Part shown: in pieces, positions 26,726-35,433 of the stretch | How the letters are laid out: each line of letters starts with the position of its first letter | Numbering within the stretch: the stretch's first letter is position 1 | DNA from: an uncultured Eubacteriales bacterium | GTDB taxonomy: Bacteria > Bacillota > Clostridia > Christensenellales > CAG-138 | Direction of reading: 5' to 3' | Length of the DNA: 64,000 nt | Assembly (NCBI GenBank): GCA_900319345.1 | Contig: ONNZ01000011.1 | Location: forward strand, 6,411-70,410 | Notes under the pieces: model-generated | Told to the model about the DNA's origin: nothing | Database searches by the model: none | What the model saw: the letters and a program-made list of their open reading frames with translations, nothing else | Translations under genes and position numbers: made by a program

Positions 26726-28186
26726 ATGGCTAAGAAGAGAAAAAAGAAGAGAAACATGGTCCCGGTGGCGGTGGCCTGCCTGGTGCTGCTCCTGCTGCTG
26801 GCGGCCGCTGTCTACGAGCTGCTGCTGCCCGCCGGTCCCGTGTTCTCCGAACGGGAGAACCGGATCCTTTCGGAGAAGCCCGCCTTCTCCTGGAAAGCCT
26901 TTTTCGACGGCAGCTTCGCGGACGATCTGGAGAGATATCTGGCCGACCGGTTCCCCGGCCGCATGGGCTTCATCGACTTTACCCGGGAGTTGAGGCAGGT
27001 GGGGAGCCTGGCCACCTGGGAGGAGTATTCCCTGGTGGCGGAGAGCGACGTGGCCGACATGCAGGACCCGGGGGAGGTGGAGGAGGCCCAACCCATGGTC
27101 ACGCCCCGGCCCACCCGGACCCCCGCGCCCACGCCCACGGCCACGCCCGAGCCTACCCCCGCGCCTACGCCGGATCCCCAGGCTACGCTGACGCCCACGG
27201 ACACGCCGGAGCCCACGCCTACCCCCGTCCCCACGCCCACGCCCCGGCCCACCAAGCCCCCGGCCAGCGCCAACGACTTCCCCGGCGAGCTCCGGGTGGA
27301 TCTTCTGGACGGCACCTCCAAGCGCCGGTCCTATGCCTTCATGCGCTATAAGGTCCAGCGCCAGTGCTCCCTGTTCGACGCCTACGCCTCGCTCCTGCCG
27401 GAGGACGGCATCTTCGCCATCACCATCGTGCCCAACGCCTACCGGGCCAACCGGCTGCTGGCCTTGGACGATCCCAAGGGTATGGTCTCGGAGGTGGAGC
27501 CCTTCATCCATGCCATGACGGCCAACAACGTGGCCGCCTTCTCCACAGCGGACATCCTCTCCGCGCCCATGCTGGCGGGGGAGTACGTGTATTTCCGCTC
27601 CGACATGCACTGGACGCCCTACGGGGCCTATCTGGTGGTCTCTGAGATGCTGGCGGAGGCGGGGGAGACCCTGCCCCCCTACGACGCCTTCCCCAAGACG
27701 CAGGAGCACCCCTTCCTGGGCACCCTCTATCGGGACTCCCTGAACAAGCAGATGGAGGCGAACCCGGACACCCTGGACATCCTGACGCCCATCCGGCCCA
27801 CGGTGGTGCGTCGGTACACCACCCCCCAGAAATACGACGAAGTGCCCTTCATCGACGACAACGCCAGCCCCCGGGACCGGTACACGGTGTACCTGGGCGG
27901 GCCCAAGGGGAACTGGACCGTGGTGGAGCGCACGGACATCCCGGAGGAGTCCTTCGAAAAGACCTGCCTCGTGATCTCCGACTCCTACGGCCTGTGCACC
28001 ATGCCCTTCTTCGCCCAGGCCTATGACCGGGCCATCCTCTACGACGCCCGGTATTACGAGAGGTACGTCATGGGCGCGGTGTCGGGCCTGATCGAAAGCT
28101 GGGGCGTTCAGGACATCTACATGATCCTGGGGGACGCCCATTTCTCCGAGGAGACCTTCTGCAGGCTCTGCAACGCGGAATTCTGA
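26726..28186 (+). CDS. DHHW/AlgJ-AlgX-like extracytoplasmic protein, partner of MBOAT
   Basis: An N-terminal signal-anchor is followed by an ~80-aa Pro/Thr-rich insert. The FRSDMHWTPYGAY motif resembles DHHW. It lies 12 nt after the MBOAT gene. Confidence 0.6.
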   Translation: MAKKRKKKRNMVPVAVACLVLLLLLAAAVYELLLPAGPVFSERENRILSEKPAFSWKAFFDGSFADDLERYLADRFPGRMGFIDFTRELRQVGSLATWEEYSLVAESDVADMQDPGEVEEAQPMVTPRPTRTPAPTPTATPEPTPAPTPDPQATLTPTDTPEPTPTPVPTPTPRPTKPPASANDFPGELRVDLLDGTSKRRSYAFMRYKVQRQCSLFDAYASLLPEDGIFAITIVPNAYRANRLLALDDPKGMVSEVEPFIHAMTANNVAAFSTADILSAPMLAGEYVYFRSDMHWTPYGAYLVVSEMLAEAGETLPPYDAFPKTQEHPFLGTLYRDSLNKQMEANPDTLDILTPIRPTVVRRYTTPQKYDEVPFIDDNASPRDRYTVYLGGPKGNWTVVERTDIPEESFEKTCLVISDSYGLCTMPFFAQAYDRAILYDARYYERYVMGAVSGLIESWGVQDIYMILGDAHFSEETFCRLCNAEF

Positions 28187-28200
28187 TCGACATACAGCAA

Positions 28201-28230
28201 CAGCCCCTCCCAAACGGAAGGGGCTGTTTT
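28201..28230. terminator. bidirectional terminator between the DHHW gene and the TIR/SLOG cluster
   Basis: The stem cagcccct/aggggctg is followed by tttt, and by an A-rich run on the other side. Confidence 0.6.
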
Positions 28231-28243
28231 CGTATTCCTTCGC

Positions 28244-29836
28244 TTACAGGCTGAAATCCGGGGCGTTGTCCCGCTGGTAGGAGCACCAGTTGCCGTTTTC
28301 GATGAGCTCCTCCCGGGCAAGGAGCAGCAGGAGCGATTCGTCCTGGCCGTAGATGGAGAGCCGATCCAGTATCTTCTGGTAGAAGGCGGCCATCTTCACA
28401 TGATCCTCCACGCCCCGGGACAGGGACAGCTTCCCGTAGTAGTTGGAGATGAAGAGGGTGGCGGCGGAGATGCTCCCCAGCACCAGCTTGATAAGGGTCC
28501 GATACTCCTCCGCCTCCGGGATGGCGCCGAGGCGGGGGAAGAGGCCGCCGTACAGCACCTCGAACACCAGGGCCAAAAGGTACAGCACGATGCTGATCAG
28601 CAGGGCCGCGCCCACCACCCGGCCGCTGATGCGGAGCTTGGTCTGGGCCTTCTTTTGGGCCTTCCGGTGGTAATTGAACTGATCCTCCGCCCAGCAGGCC
28701 CGGATGTCGTGGCTTTCCTTCGGCGCCTCGCCCACGCAGAGGACGGTGATGGCCATGGCGATCCAGGGGGTCTCCTCCTGCTGGCTCCAGGGCAGCAGGG
28801 TGATGGCCTCCCGCCGGACCCCGGCGTAGCGCAGAAAGCCTTGGGCCCGCAGGCTCTCGGCCAGCACCCGGTACTCCAGGTACCGTCGGTGGCAGCTGGA
28901 CCGATAGGCGAACCGGGTCAGCACCCACGCAAGGAGCAGCGAAAGGCCGCACACCAGGATGAGCCAGTGCAGGTTCGCCTCGTCGTACAGCAGGAATGCG
29001 GCGGTGATCAGGGTGCTGAGCACGGCCAGCAGGATGAGGACGCGCCGATACACCTTAGCGAACCGCAGGCTTAGCCGGTCCGCCTGCTGATACACGGCCT
29101 CGATCCGATCGAGGAGGGGGTCCTCCTCCTGGCGCTCCGGCAGCAGGGGATAGGCGTCGGCGGTATCGGTCTTGTCTGCCAAAGCGTTGAACTCCTCCGT
29201 CCGGTCCATGAGCGTCTGCCAGGGCTCCCCGTCCCCCAGCCGCCGCACAGCGCCCGGGACGTTCGCCGCCTGCTCAGTTCGGGGCGTGAAAAGATGGATC
29301 ACCGCCGTGGAGGAGAAGAGGGGGGCGCTGTGGACGGGATGGTAGCTGCCGTGGAGGGCGAACCCCACGGCCTCCGCGGTGCCGCAGCCGGTTTTGGTGC
29401 CGGGGCCCCCGTCCCACAGGGCCAGGAGCACGTGGCAGTGGGTGGCCACGTAGATGCCGGCCTGCCGGTAGTAGAAATCCCGGTCGGGGGCTTGGGGCAG
29501 GGCCTCCGTGGCCGGGGTCACGAAGCGCTGCTCCGCCTTGGATAAAAGGTCCCGAAAGCTATGGAGGGCCGCCCCGGCGAAGTCCTGCTCGTACTCCGCC
29601 AGGGGGAGGGGCAGGGCCGCGACCAGGGGGATGCCCAGGCTGAGGGCGGCTTCGGCGCAGAGCTGGTCGGCCCCCTCGGCCAGACTGTTGAGCATGACCA
29701 TGGGGCTGTGGGGATAGCTCTCCCGCAGCCCTTCCAGCTCTCGCTTCACCCCCGCCAAGAGGGCGGGCCTGTCCTCCGGCCGGATGGCCCGGTGGCCCGT
29801 GACCCCTACCGTCAGGGGGATGCGTTCAGTTTCCAT
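28244..29836 (-). CDS. SLOG (LOG/DprA-like Rossmann) domain fused to a multi-TM, tandem SLATT-like membrane module
   Basis: This is a 530-aa ORF. The N-terminus has VGVTGHR, NSLAEGADQLCAEAAL (DprA-like S.lA.G.D..a..aAL) and WDGGPGTKTGCGTAEAV (LOG-like PGGxGTxxE). The C-terminal half has about 5 hydrophobic helices (VLILLAVLSTLITAAFLLY, WLILVCGLSLLLAWVL, VVGAALLISIVLYLLALVF, LIKLVLGSISAATLFISNYY). Amphipathic helices flank these helices. Confidence 0.6.
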   Translation of the reverse strand: METERIPLTVGVTGHRAIRPEDRPALLAGVKRELEGLRESYPHSPMVMLNSLAEGADQLCAEAALSLGIPLVAALPLPLAEYEQDFAGAALHSFRDLLSKAEQRFVTPATEALPQAPDRDFYYRQAGIYVATHCHVLLALWDGGPGTKTGCGTAEAVGFALHGSYHPVHSAPLFSSTAVIHLFTPRTEQAANVPGAVRRLGDGEPWQTLMDRTEEFNALADKTDTADAYPLLPERQEEDPLLDRIEAVYQQADRLSLRFAKVYRRVLILLAVLSTLITAAFLLYDEANLHWLILVCGLSLLLAWVLTRFAYRSSCHRRYLEYRVLAESLRAQGFLRYAGVRREAITLLPWSQQEETPWIAMAITVLCVGEAPKESHDIRACWAEDQFNYHRKAQKKAQTKLRISGRVVGAALLISIVLYLLALVFEVLYGGLFPRLGAIPEAEEYRTLIKLVLGSISAATLFISNYYGKLSLSRGVEDHVKMAAFYQKILDRLSIYGQDESLLLLLAREELIENGNWCSYQRDNAPDFSL

Positions 29837-31553
29837 ACACCGCCATGCCGCTGCGCTCGGCCAGGGACGGGATGTTGCGGATGGCGTCTCGATCGTAGTC
29901 CTTGATCTCCTCGGACAGCTGGTCGTAGGGCACCAGGTAGGGGGAGGTCTTCTTCTCGGCGTTCCGTTCGCCCAGCTTCCAGCCCCGGCTCAGGCGCTCC
30001 TGCATCCAGGCCTCGTGCTCCAGCTCGGCCATGAACTCCACCAGCTCCGGCGGGAATTCCTTCACGGCGCCCTTCTTGCCCTTGGGCCCCAGGCGGTAGC
30101 CCACCTGCTCCAGCCGGTCGCAGATGTTCTGGGCCTGGCGCAGGTTGCTGTACTTCAAATCATCGGGCAGCTGGGAGAAATCGGGGTAATCCAAAGGCCG
30201 CTCCGGGTGATCCTGGAGCTGCTTCTCGCAGTAGCGGGCGTGGATGGCGATGGCCAGCAGCTCGATATCCTTCAGCAGCGGCCGGGCGTTCACCTTCTGA
30301 AGCTGGGGCTTGAAGGGCTCGAAACTGTCCAGACTCTCCGCGTCCACGTCGAAGCCCAGGGGGAAGATGGCCTTGAGGTCCAGGAGCCCTTGCAAGAGCT
30401 CGATCTTCTCCCTACAGAACTTCTCGGGCAGGTGGCCGTGCCTCGTCACGTAGGTGGCGGAAAGGTATCCGTTCTTGACGGACAGGTGCACCGTGTCCGC
30501 CAGGGTGAAGGTCCGGGTCAGGATGCCGTGAGCCTCCCGGTTCCACTCCTGGAGCTCGTCGCAGAGGATCAGCAAAAAGGCGATGGGGTTCTTCTGGGCG
30601 GCCATGGGCCCGAGGTTGAAGGGCTTCTTCTGCAGCACGTTCCGATAGTAGTTGTGAAGGAGGATGGCCGTGGCGCTGTCGAGGATGGGCCAATAGAACC
30701 GCTCCGGGTGGTCGCCGGACATCTGGATGGCGTAGCCGTACCACTTGAGGATGATCATGGCGCTGTAGTAGCCGTGATCGATGAAGCCGGAGGCGGCCAT
30801 GTCGTTCACGAACCGGTCCACGGCCTTCTTGGTCTCCATGAGATCCGTGCCCAGGGTCTGGTGCACGTGGTGGGCCAAGAGGTCGTTGGGGGTCAAGAGG
30901 TCGATATAGGAGCAGCTCTCATAGGCGTCGTAGTAGGCCCGGGTGAAGGGGCGCTTGGGCACCACCTCCCGGATGTGGTTCAGCTCCGAGAAGTTCTCGA
31001 ATTTGATCTGGGCCTTGACCCGGACCTCGTCCCCGTCCGCGTCCGCCACCATGCGGATGAACCGGTTGATCTGGTGGCCCACGATCTCCACCGGGTAGCC
31101 CACGTCGTGGAACAGGGCCGCCACGCCCCAGCGGAAGAAGAACTCCTCGTGGGGGGTCTGGTAGGCGTAGATGTAGTCCTTCTCGGGCACGGCGCTGTCG
31201 AAGGCCTTCCGGTAGGCCTCGTTCTCGGCGTAGATGCTGAGGCCCGTCAAAAACACGTTCACCGCGTGGATGAAGTGGTCCCGCTGCTTGTCGATGAGGG
31301 TGGCGGCGGTGGCCTCGTAGTGTCGCAGGATGTCCACGAGGTCGATGAACGGGTCGTTCTTGCCGGGCAGGGTGATCCGATAGCTGTCGAAGAAGGCCCG
31401 GTAGACGGCGAAAGCGGTCTCCGGGGTCTCGCCGGACAGGAAGGTCGACACGGCGCCCCGCAGGAAGGACTTGTAGCTGTGGCCCTCCTGCAGGTCGGCG
31501 GCAAGGCTCAGCTGATCGAAAAATCGGTCCACGAAGGGGGAAAGATTGCTCAT
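29826..31553 (-). CDS. HD-domain phosphohydrolase fused to a C-terminal RyR (ryanodine-receptor-type) domain
   Basis: Based on ORF 29826..31583. The start MSNLSPFVDRF follows AAAGGAG. HD motifs are RDHFIHAVNVF and AALFHDVGYP, with IDHGYYS later. The C-terminus reads LAIAIHARYCEK...FMAELEHEAWMQERLSRGWKLGERNAEKKTSPYLVPYDQLSEEIKDYDRDAIRNIP, which matches the RyR-domain pattern. It overlaps the next gene by 11 nt. Confidence 0.65.
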   Translation of the reverse strand: MSNLSPFVDRFFDQLSLAADLQEGHSYKSFLRGAVSTFLSGETPETAFAVYRAFFDSYRITLPGKNDPFIDLVDILRHYEATAATLIDKQRDHFIHAVNVFLTGLSIYAENEAYRKAFDSAVPEKDYIYAYQTPHEEFFFRWGVAALFHDVGYPVEIVGHQINRFIRMVADADGDEVRVKAQIKFENFSELNHIREVVPKRPFTRAYYDAYESCSYIDLLTPNDLLAHHVHQTLGTDLMETKKAVDRFVNDMAASGFIDHGYYSAMIILKWYGYAIQMSGDHPERFYWPILDSATAILLHNYYRNVLQKKPFNLGPMAAQKNPIAFLLILCDELQEWNREAHGILTRTFTLADTVHLSVKNGYLSATYVTRHGHLPEKFCREKIELLQGLLDLKAIFPLGFDVDAESLDSFEPFKPQLQKVNARPLLKDIELLAIAIHARYCEKQLQDHPERPLDYPDFSQLPDDLKYSNLRQAQNICDRLEQVGYRLGPKGKKGAVKEFPPELVEFMAELEHEAWMQERLSRGWKLGERNAEKKTSPYLVPYDQLSEEIKDYDRDAIRNIPSLAERSGMAVYGN

Positions 31554-31618
31554 GTTTCTGCTCCTTTCGTTGCTTAGATACAATTATATCCGTTTCCGCG
31601 CCCAAAGGGAAGGGGGGA

Positions 31619-34600
31619 TCATTGGATTTCCAGCCTAAAAACGTACCCCTCGCCCAGGGAGTCGGCGGCTTCGGCCATGTCGCTGGACAGGTACAGCTGT
31701 CTAAGATCGTTCGGCAGCTCCCGCAGGCAGCTTAGGTCCGTGAGCTGGGGGTTCCAGCGAAGGTCCAGCTGCTCCAGCATGGGATGGGCGGCCACGAAGG
31801 CCCGAAGCTGCTCGTTGGTGATGCCCGAGCGGTGGCAGGAGAGATCGTGCATCTCCTTGCCCATCACGTGATCCAGCCACCGATCCACCGGCACGTTGTT
31901 CATGTTCAGCCCCCAGTAGACGGGCACCGCCTCCAACACCCCGTAGTCCTCGTAGGTGAGCTTGTTGCTGTCCGTCACGTCCAACGCCACCCAAAAGCCC
32001 CAGCTGTTGTAATCCTCCGACGTGCAGTAGCTATAGTCCACCCGTTCGAGGGGCGAGAAGTCCCGCACGTTGGTGCCGGACAGGCTGATGCTGACCAGGC
32101 GGGGCAACTGCTCGATGCCCGCGATGCTGTCGATGGGCTCGTTTCGCAGGCTGACGTCCTCCAGGGAGGCCGTCCGCCACAGGGCGGAGAAGTCGGTGAT
32201 CTTGCGGCATTCCTCGATGGTGATCCGCCGAAGCTGGGGGAAATCCTCCACGCCGTCCAACGTGGTCAAATCCTGGCCGTACAGGTCCAGCTGCTCCAGG
32301 TTCGGCAGCAAAGCGGCCAGCTCGCCCATGTCCGTCACGGCCCCGGCGAGCAGGGGCAGCCGTTCGTCGGTCTCGTTGCTGTGCAGATACAGCTTCGGCG
32401 GGTCGGTGACCCAGTCCTCCTCGAACCACCAGGGGCCGCCGGCGTAGACGTATTCGCCCGCGAGGGACAGGCTCTTGATGTACCGCCGCATCGCCTCCGG
32501 CTGGGCCTTCAGCTCCTTGAAGGTCATCATGGGCAGCTGGAAGGCCACGTCCTCCAGGGCGGAGCAGGCGGCCAGGGGCGACAGGTCCGTCACGGGGCTG
32601 CCGTTCACGTCCAGGCGCCGGAGAGCGTACAGGTTCTGTATCCCCTGGAGGGAGGCGACGCCGGTGTACTGGAACCGCAGCTCCTCCAGACTCTGGATCG
32701 TGAAGGCGGCGGAGGCGTCGGCGAGGGCCGGGCACTGCCGGATGTCCAGGTTCTTGAGATCGCCCATGGCCTGGATGCCCTCCAGGGAGGCGAGCTCCAG
32801 CTGGGCGTAGACGGTCAGCTCCCGAAGCCCCGTCAGCTTTTCAAGGACGGTCAGGTCCGTCAGCGTCCCCGGCTCCACGGGTATGCGCTCCTCCTCCCCG
32901 TCGTAGCGAAGGTACAGGGCGGGCGGGTCCGTGGCCCAGTCCTCCTCCACCCAGGCGCCCTCGGGCACCACCGCGTCCCCGGCCAACGTCAGCCGGCCGA
33001 TGCGTCCGAGGAGGGCGCTGGGGAGGCTGTCGATCTCCGCAAGGCTCGCAAGCTCGATGTCAGGCTGGACGGGCTCCCATCCGCCCTCCGGGTAGACGAC
33101 CTGATACGCCTCCAGCAGGCCGCTGTCCACCATGGCCTGGGCCTGCTCCATAAGATGGGCCGGGATCTGCAGGCTCTTGCCCTTCAGGTGGTAGAGGGGC
33201 GACAGGTCCGTGACCCCGTCCACGTCCATAAGGGAGATGCTGTACCAGTCCTGCTTATAGTTTTCGAAGCAGGACAGGTCCTTGAGGTCGAAGATGGTGG
33301 TGAGGGTGATGTTCTTGGTCACCACGTTTCCGAAGTCAGGCAGGCTGAACAGCCCCTCCAAATGGATCTCGTAGATGCTCCGCCCCGTCAGAGCCGACCA
33401 GTCGTAGAGCCGGGGGCAGTTATAGATCTCCAGCTCCTGCATCCTGGGCATCCCCTCCAGTCCGGCAAGGGAGGCGAGGTAGGGGCAGTCGTCCAGGATC
33501 AGCCGTCGGGCGTCGGGCTGGTCCAGCCCCTCCAGGGAGCGGACGCAGTGGAGCAGCAGCTCGTTGGTCACATGGGGGAGCAGGGTCACGTCCAGCCCCT
33601 CGCTCTGGTTGCCCCGGCCGCCCCGGTTCCACAGCTCGAAGTCAGTGACCGTGGCGTTCTGGACATAGGGCAGGGCGCTGCCGTTCCGGTCCGTGATGTT
33701 GAGATAGCTGTATTTTTCGATGGCGGCCAGGCCCTCCCAGTTCGGCACCTCCGCGATGCCGAAGGAGAAGTATTCCTTGTTCTCGATATCCCAGAGGAAG
33801 TCCACGTCGTTGACGTCGACCCCATACAGCTGCAGGTCCCGGAGCTTGGGGAGCTTGGTCACCGGTGTCAAATCTCGCAAGGCGAAGCACTCGTGCATGG
33901 TCAGGGACTCGAGAGCCGTGCAGCCCGAGAGGGCGGAGATGTCCGTCAGGTTCCGCAGGTTCCAGGTGTTGATCTGCCGCAGCCTCACATGGTCCTCCAG
34001 CCCGTGGAAGGACCGCAGGGTCTCCATGTTGGAGAGGCTCAGCTGTTTCAGCGATCGGCAGCCCGCCAGGAAGGACAGGTCGCTGACAGGGCAGTCCTGC
34101 AAGTAGAGTTTGTCCAGATTGACGCAGGAGGAGAGGGCGGTCAGGTCCCTGAGCTGGAAGCAGCCGTCGATGTCCACACTGTCCAGCAGCACCTTGCTGT
34201 TGAGCCCCTGGAGGCTGGTGAGCCTCTCCATGCCCCGCAGATGCACTCTGCTCAGGGCGCTGGCGTTCGAAAGGCAGGTCAGGTCCAAAATGGGCACGTT
34301 GGCAAAGTGCACATGATCCAGCTTCCGGCAGTTTTTCAACCCGGACAGGTTGACGGTCCGCTGCTCCCCTTCCAGGCTCAGGTTCAAATCCCTCAGGCTG
34401 GCGGGGCCGAATCCGGACAGGTCCGCTTCGGCGGTCCCGTACAGGTTCATGAACACGGTGTTGAGCTGCGGGCACTCGTTGAGGGGGGAGAAGTCCAGCA
34501 CCGGGCCGTGGTAGTTGAACACCTGCAGTCGGCGGCCCTTCACCCCGGAGATGTCGTCGATGGCGCAGTCGAAGAGCTCCACGCAGTCCAGCTTCTGGAG

Positions 34601-35404
34601 GCCCGACAGGTCCGGCAGCGTGCCCTCCACCTGGACCAGCGTCAGCAGCATCAGGTTCTTCATATAGGGCAGGAAGCTCAGATCCCCCCAATCGTGGAGG
34701 GCGTACTCGTGGCCGTCCTCGGCACTGTACCAGTGGGCCCGGCCCTCCTCCACGCTGAAGCTTCGATTGGCGACCTGCTCCACGCCCACCCGGGAGATGC
34801 CCCGGTCCGCCAGGGTCCCGTCGTCCTCGCTGAAGGCGTAGAAGCCGTTCCCCACGATGATGAGCTCGTGGACCTGCTCCAGCTCCTGCAGGGTCAGGTC
34901 CACCTCCTTCGGGAACACGGGCTCCGGAGTGGGCGTGGCGGGGATCGGTGTGGGGGGCAGCGGCGGCGGGACTTGCCGCTTCTGAAACAGGACGATGCCG
35001 CCCACCAGGAGCAGCGCCACAGCCGCCAGGGACAGGATCAGGGGCAGGCGGTTCCTTCTATCGCCCATGGCCGCCGTGGCGATCCGGCCCGCCAGCTCCT
35101 CCGGCCCGTATTTCTGGCCGTCCAGGCCGTGCCGGGCCATGAGGGCGCGCTGGAGCTCCTCCGGGGGCGTGGACCCGTCCAGGTTCACCGGGATCACCAG
35201 CGCCCGGCCCGCGTTGAGCCGGAAGAATTGGTCCGCCTCCGGGCTGTCCGCCGACAGGCTTTCCGACAGGAACAGCATCAGGGCGTCCCCCTTCCGGGGG
35301 TCTGCGGCGCGCACGGTGACGCCCTTCTTCTTCAGGGCGTCCAGGATGGGCTTCACGCGGCTCTCGTCCGCGGGGGCGTAGAGGGGATAGATGGCTCGTT
35401 TCAT
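31619..35404 (-). CDS. TIR-like domain / single TM / large extracellular leucine-rich-repeat protein (1,261 aa)
   Basis: The N-terminus is a flavodoxin-like beta-alpha-beta pattern (AIYPLYAPADESRVKPILDALKKKGVTV...ALMLFLSESL...PEAD...ALVIPVNLDG). An Arg-rich stop-transfer (GDRRNR) precedes the TM helix LPLILSLAAVALLLVGGIVLF, then a Pro-rich linker. About 1,050 aa of ~22-24-aa LRRs follow (L..L..L.L..C..L.DLS.L). Confidence 0.65.
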   Translation of the reverse strand: MKRAIYPLYAPADESRVKPILDALKKKGVTVRAADPRKGDALMLFLSESLSADSPEADQFFRLNAGRALVIPVNLDGSTPPEELQRALMARHGLDGQKYGPEELAGRIATAAMGDRRNRLPLILSLAAVALLLVGGIVLFQKRQVPPPLPPTPIPATPTPEPVFPKEVDLTLQELEQVHELIIVGNGFYAFSEDDGTLADRGISRVGVEQVANRSFSVEEGRAHWYSAEDGHEYALHDWGDLSFLPYMKNLMLLTLVQVEGTLPDLSGLQKLDCVELFDCAIDDISGVKGRRLQVFNYHGPVLDFSPLNECPQLNTVFMNLYGTAEADLSGFGPASLRDLNLSLEGEQRTVNLSGLKNCRKLDHVHFANVPILDLTCLSNASALSRVHLRGMERLTSLQGLNSKVLLDSVDIDGCFQLRDLTALSSCVNLDKLYLQDCPVSDLSFLAGCRSLKQLSLSNMETLRSFHGLEDHVRLRQINTWNLRNLTDISALSGCTALESLTMHECFALRDLTPVTKLPKLRDLQLYGVDVNDVDFLWDIENKEYFSFGIAEVPNWEGLAAIEKYSYLNITDRNGSALPYVQNATVTDFELWNRGGRGNQSEGLDVTLLPHVTNELLLHCVRSLEGLDQPDARRLILDDCPYLASLAGLEGMPRMQELEIYNCPRLYDWSALTGRSIYEIHLEGLFSLPDFGNVVTKNITLTTIFDLKDLSCFENYKQDWYSISLMDVDGVTDLSPLYHLKGKSLQIPAHLMEQAQAMVDSGLLEAYQVVYPEGGWEPVQPDIELASLAEIDSLPSALLGRIGRLTLAGDAVVPEGAWVEEDWATDPPALYLRYDGEEERIPVEPGTLTDLTVLEKLTGLRELTVYAQLELASLEGIQAMGDLKNLDIRQCPALADASAAFTIQSLEELRFQYTGVASLQGIQNLYALRRLDVNGSPVTDLSPLAACSALEDVAFQLPMMTFKELKAQPEAMRRYIKSLSLAGEYVYAGGPWWFEEDWVTDPPKLYLHSNETDERLPLLAGAVTDMGELAALLPNLEQLDLYGQDLTTLDGVEDFPQLRRITIEECRKITDFSALWRTASLEDVSLRNEPIDSIAGIEQLPRLVSISLSGTNVRDFSPLERVDYSYCTSEDYNSWGFWVALDVTDSNKLTYEDYGVLEAVPVYWGLNMNNVPVDRWLDHVMGKEMHDLSCHRSGITNEQLRAFVAAHPMLEQLDLRWNPQLTDLSCLRELPNDLRQLYLSSDMAEAADSLGEGYVFRLEIQ

Positions 35405-35433
35405 GGGGGTTCCTTTCTATAGTCCGGTGTGTC

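Noticed and set aside
27090-27270. Short GC-rich direct repeats (acgcccacg / cccacgcc) that could look like a CRISPR or tandem array
   Set aside because: They are in frame within a CDS and encode a (T/A)P(T/E)P linker. Similar PT-linker repeats occur in the barnase gene (22540-22700) and the TIR-LRR genes (39290-39360, 38150-38230). There is no repeat-spacer periodicity.
26354-28213. 619-aa ORF on the minus strand
   Set aside because: It is antisense to the MBOAT 3' end and the DHHW-like gene. It is Gly/Arg/His-rich.
31554-31618. Internal promoter or terminator between the last TIR-LRR gene and the HD-RyR gene
   Set aside because: On the minus strand a TATAAT is present (ggaTATAATtgt), but there is no convincing -35 and no terminator hairpin. 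The evidence is insufficient to split the cluster into two transcription units.
31784-35422. 1,212-aa ORF on the plus strand
   Set aside because: It is antisense to the TIR-TM-LRR gene 31619..35404. Its composition is dominated by G/V/L/H/Q/P/R, with no domain signatures. The LRR-encoding strand has clear periodic repeats, an RBS and a paralog.
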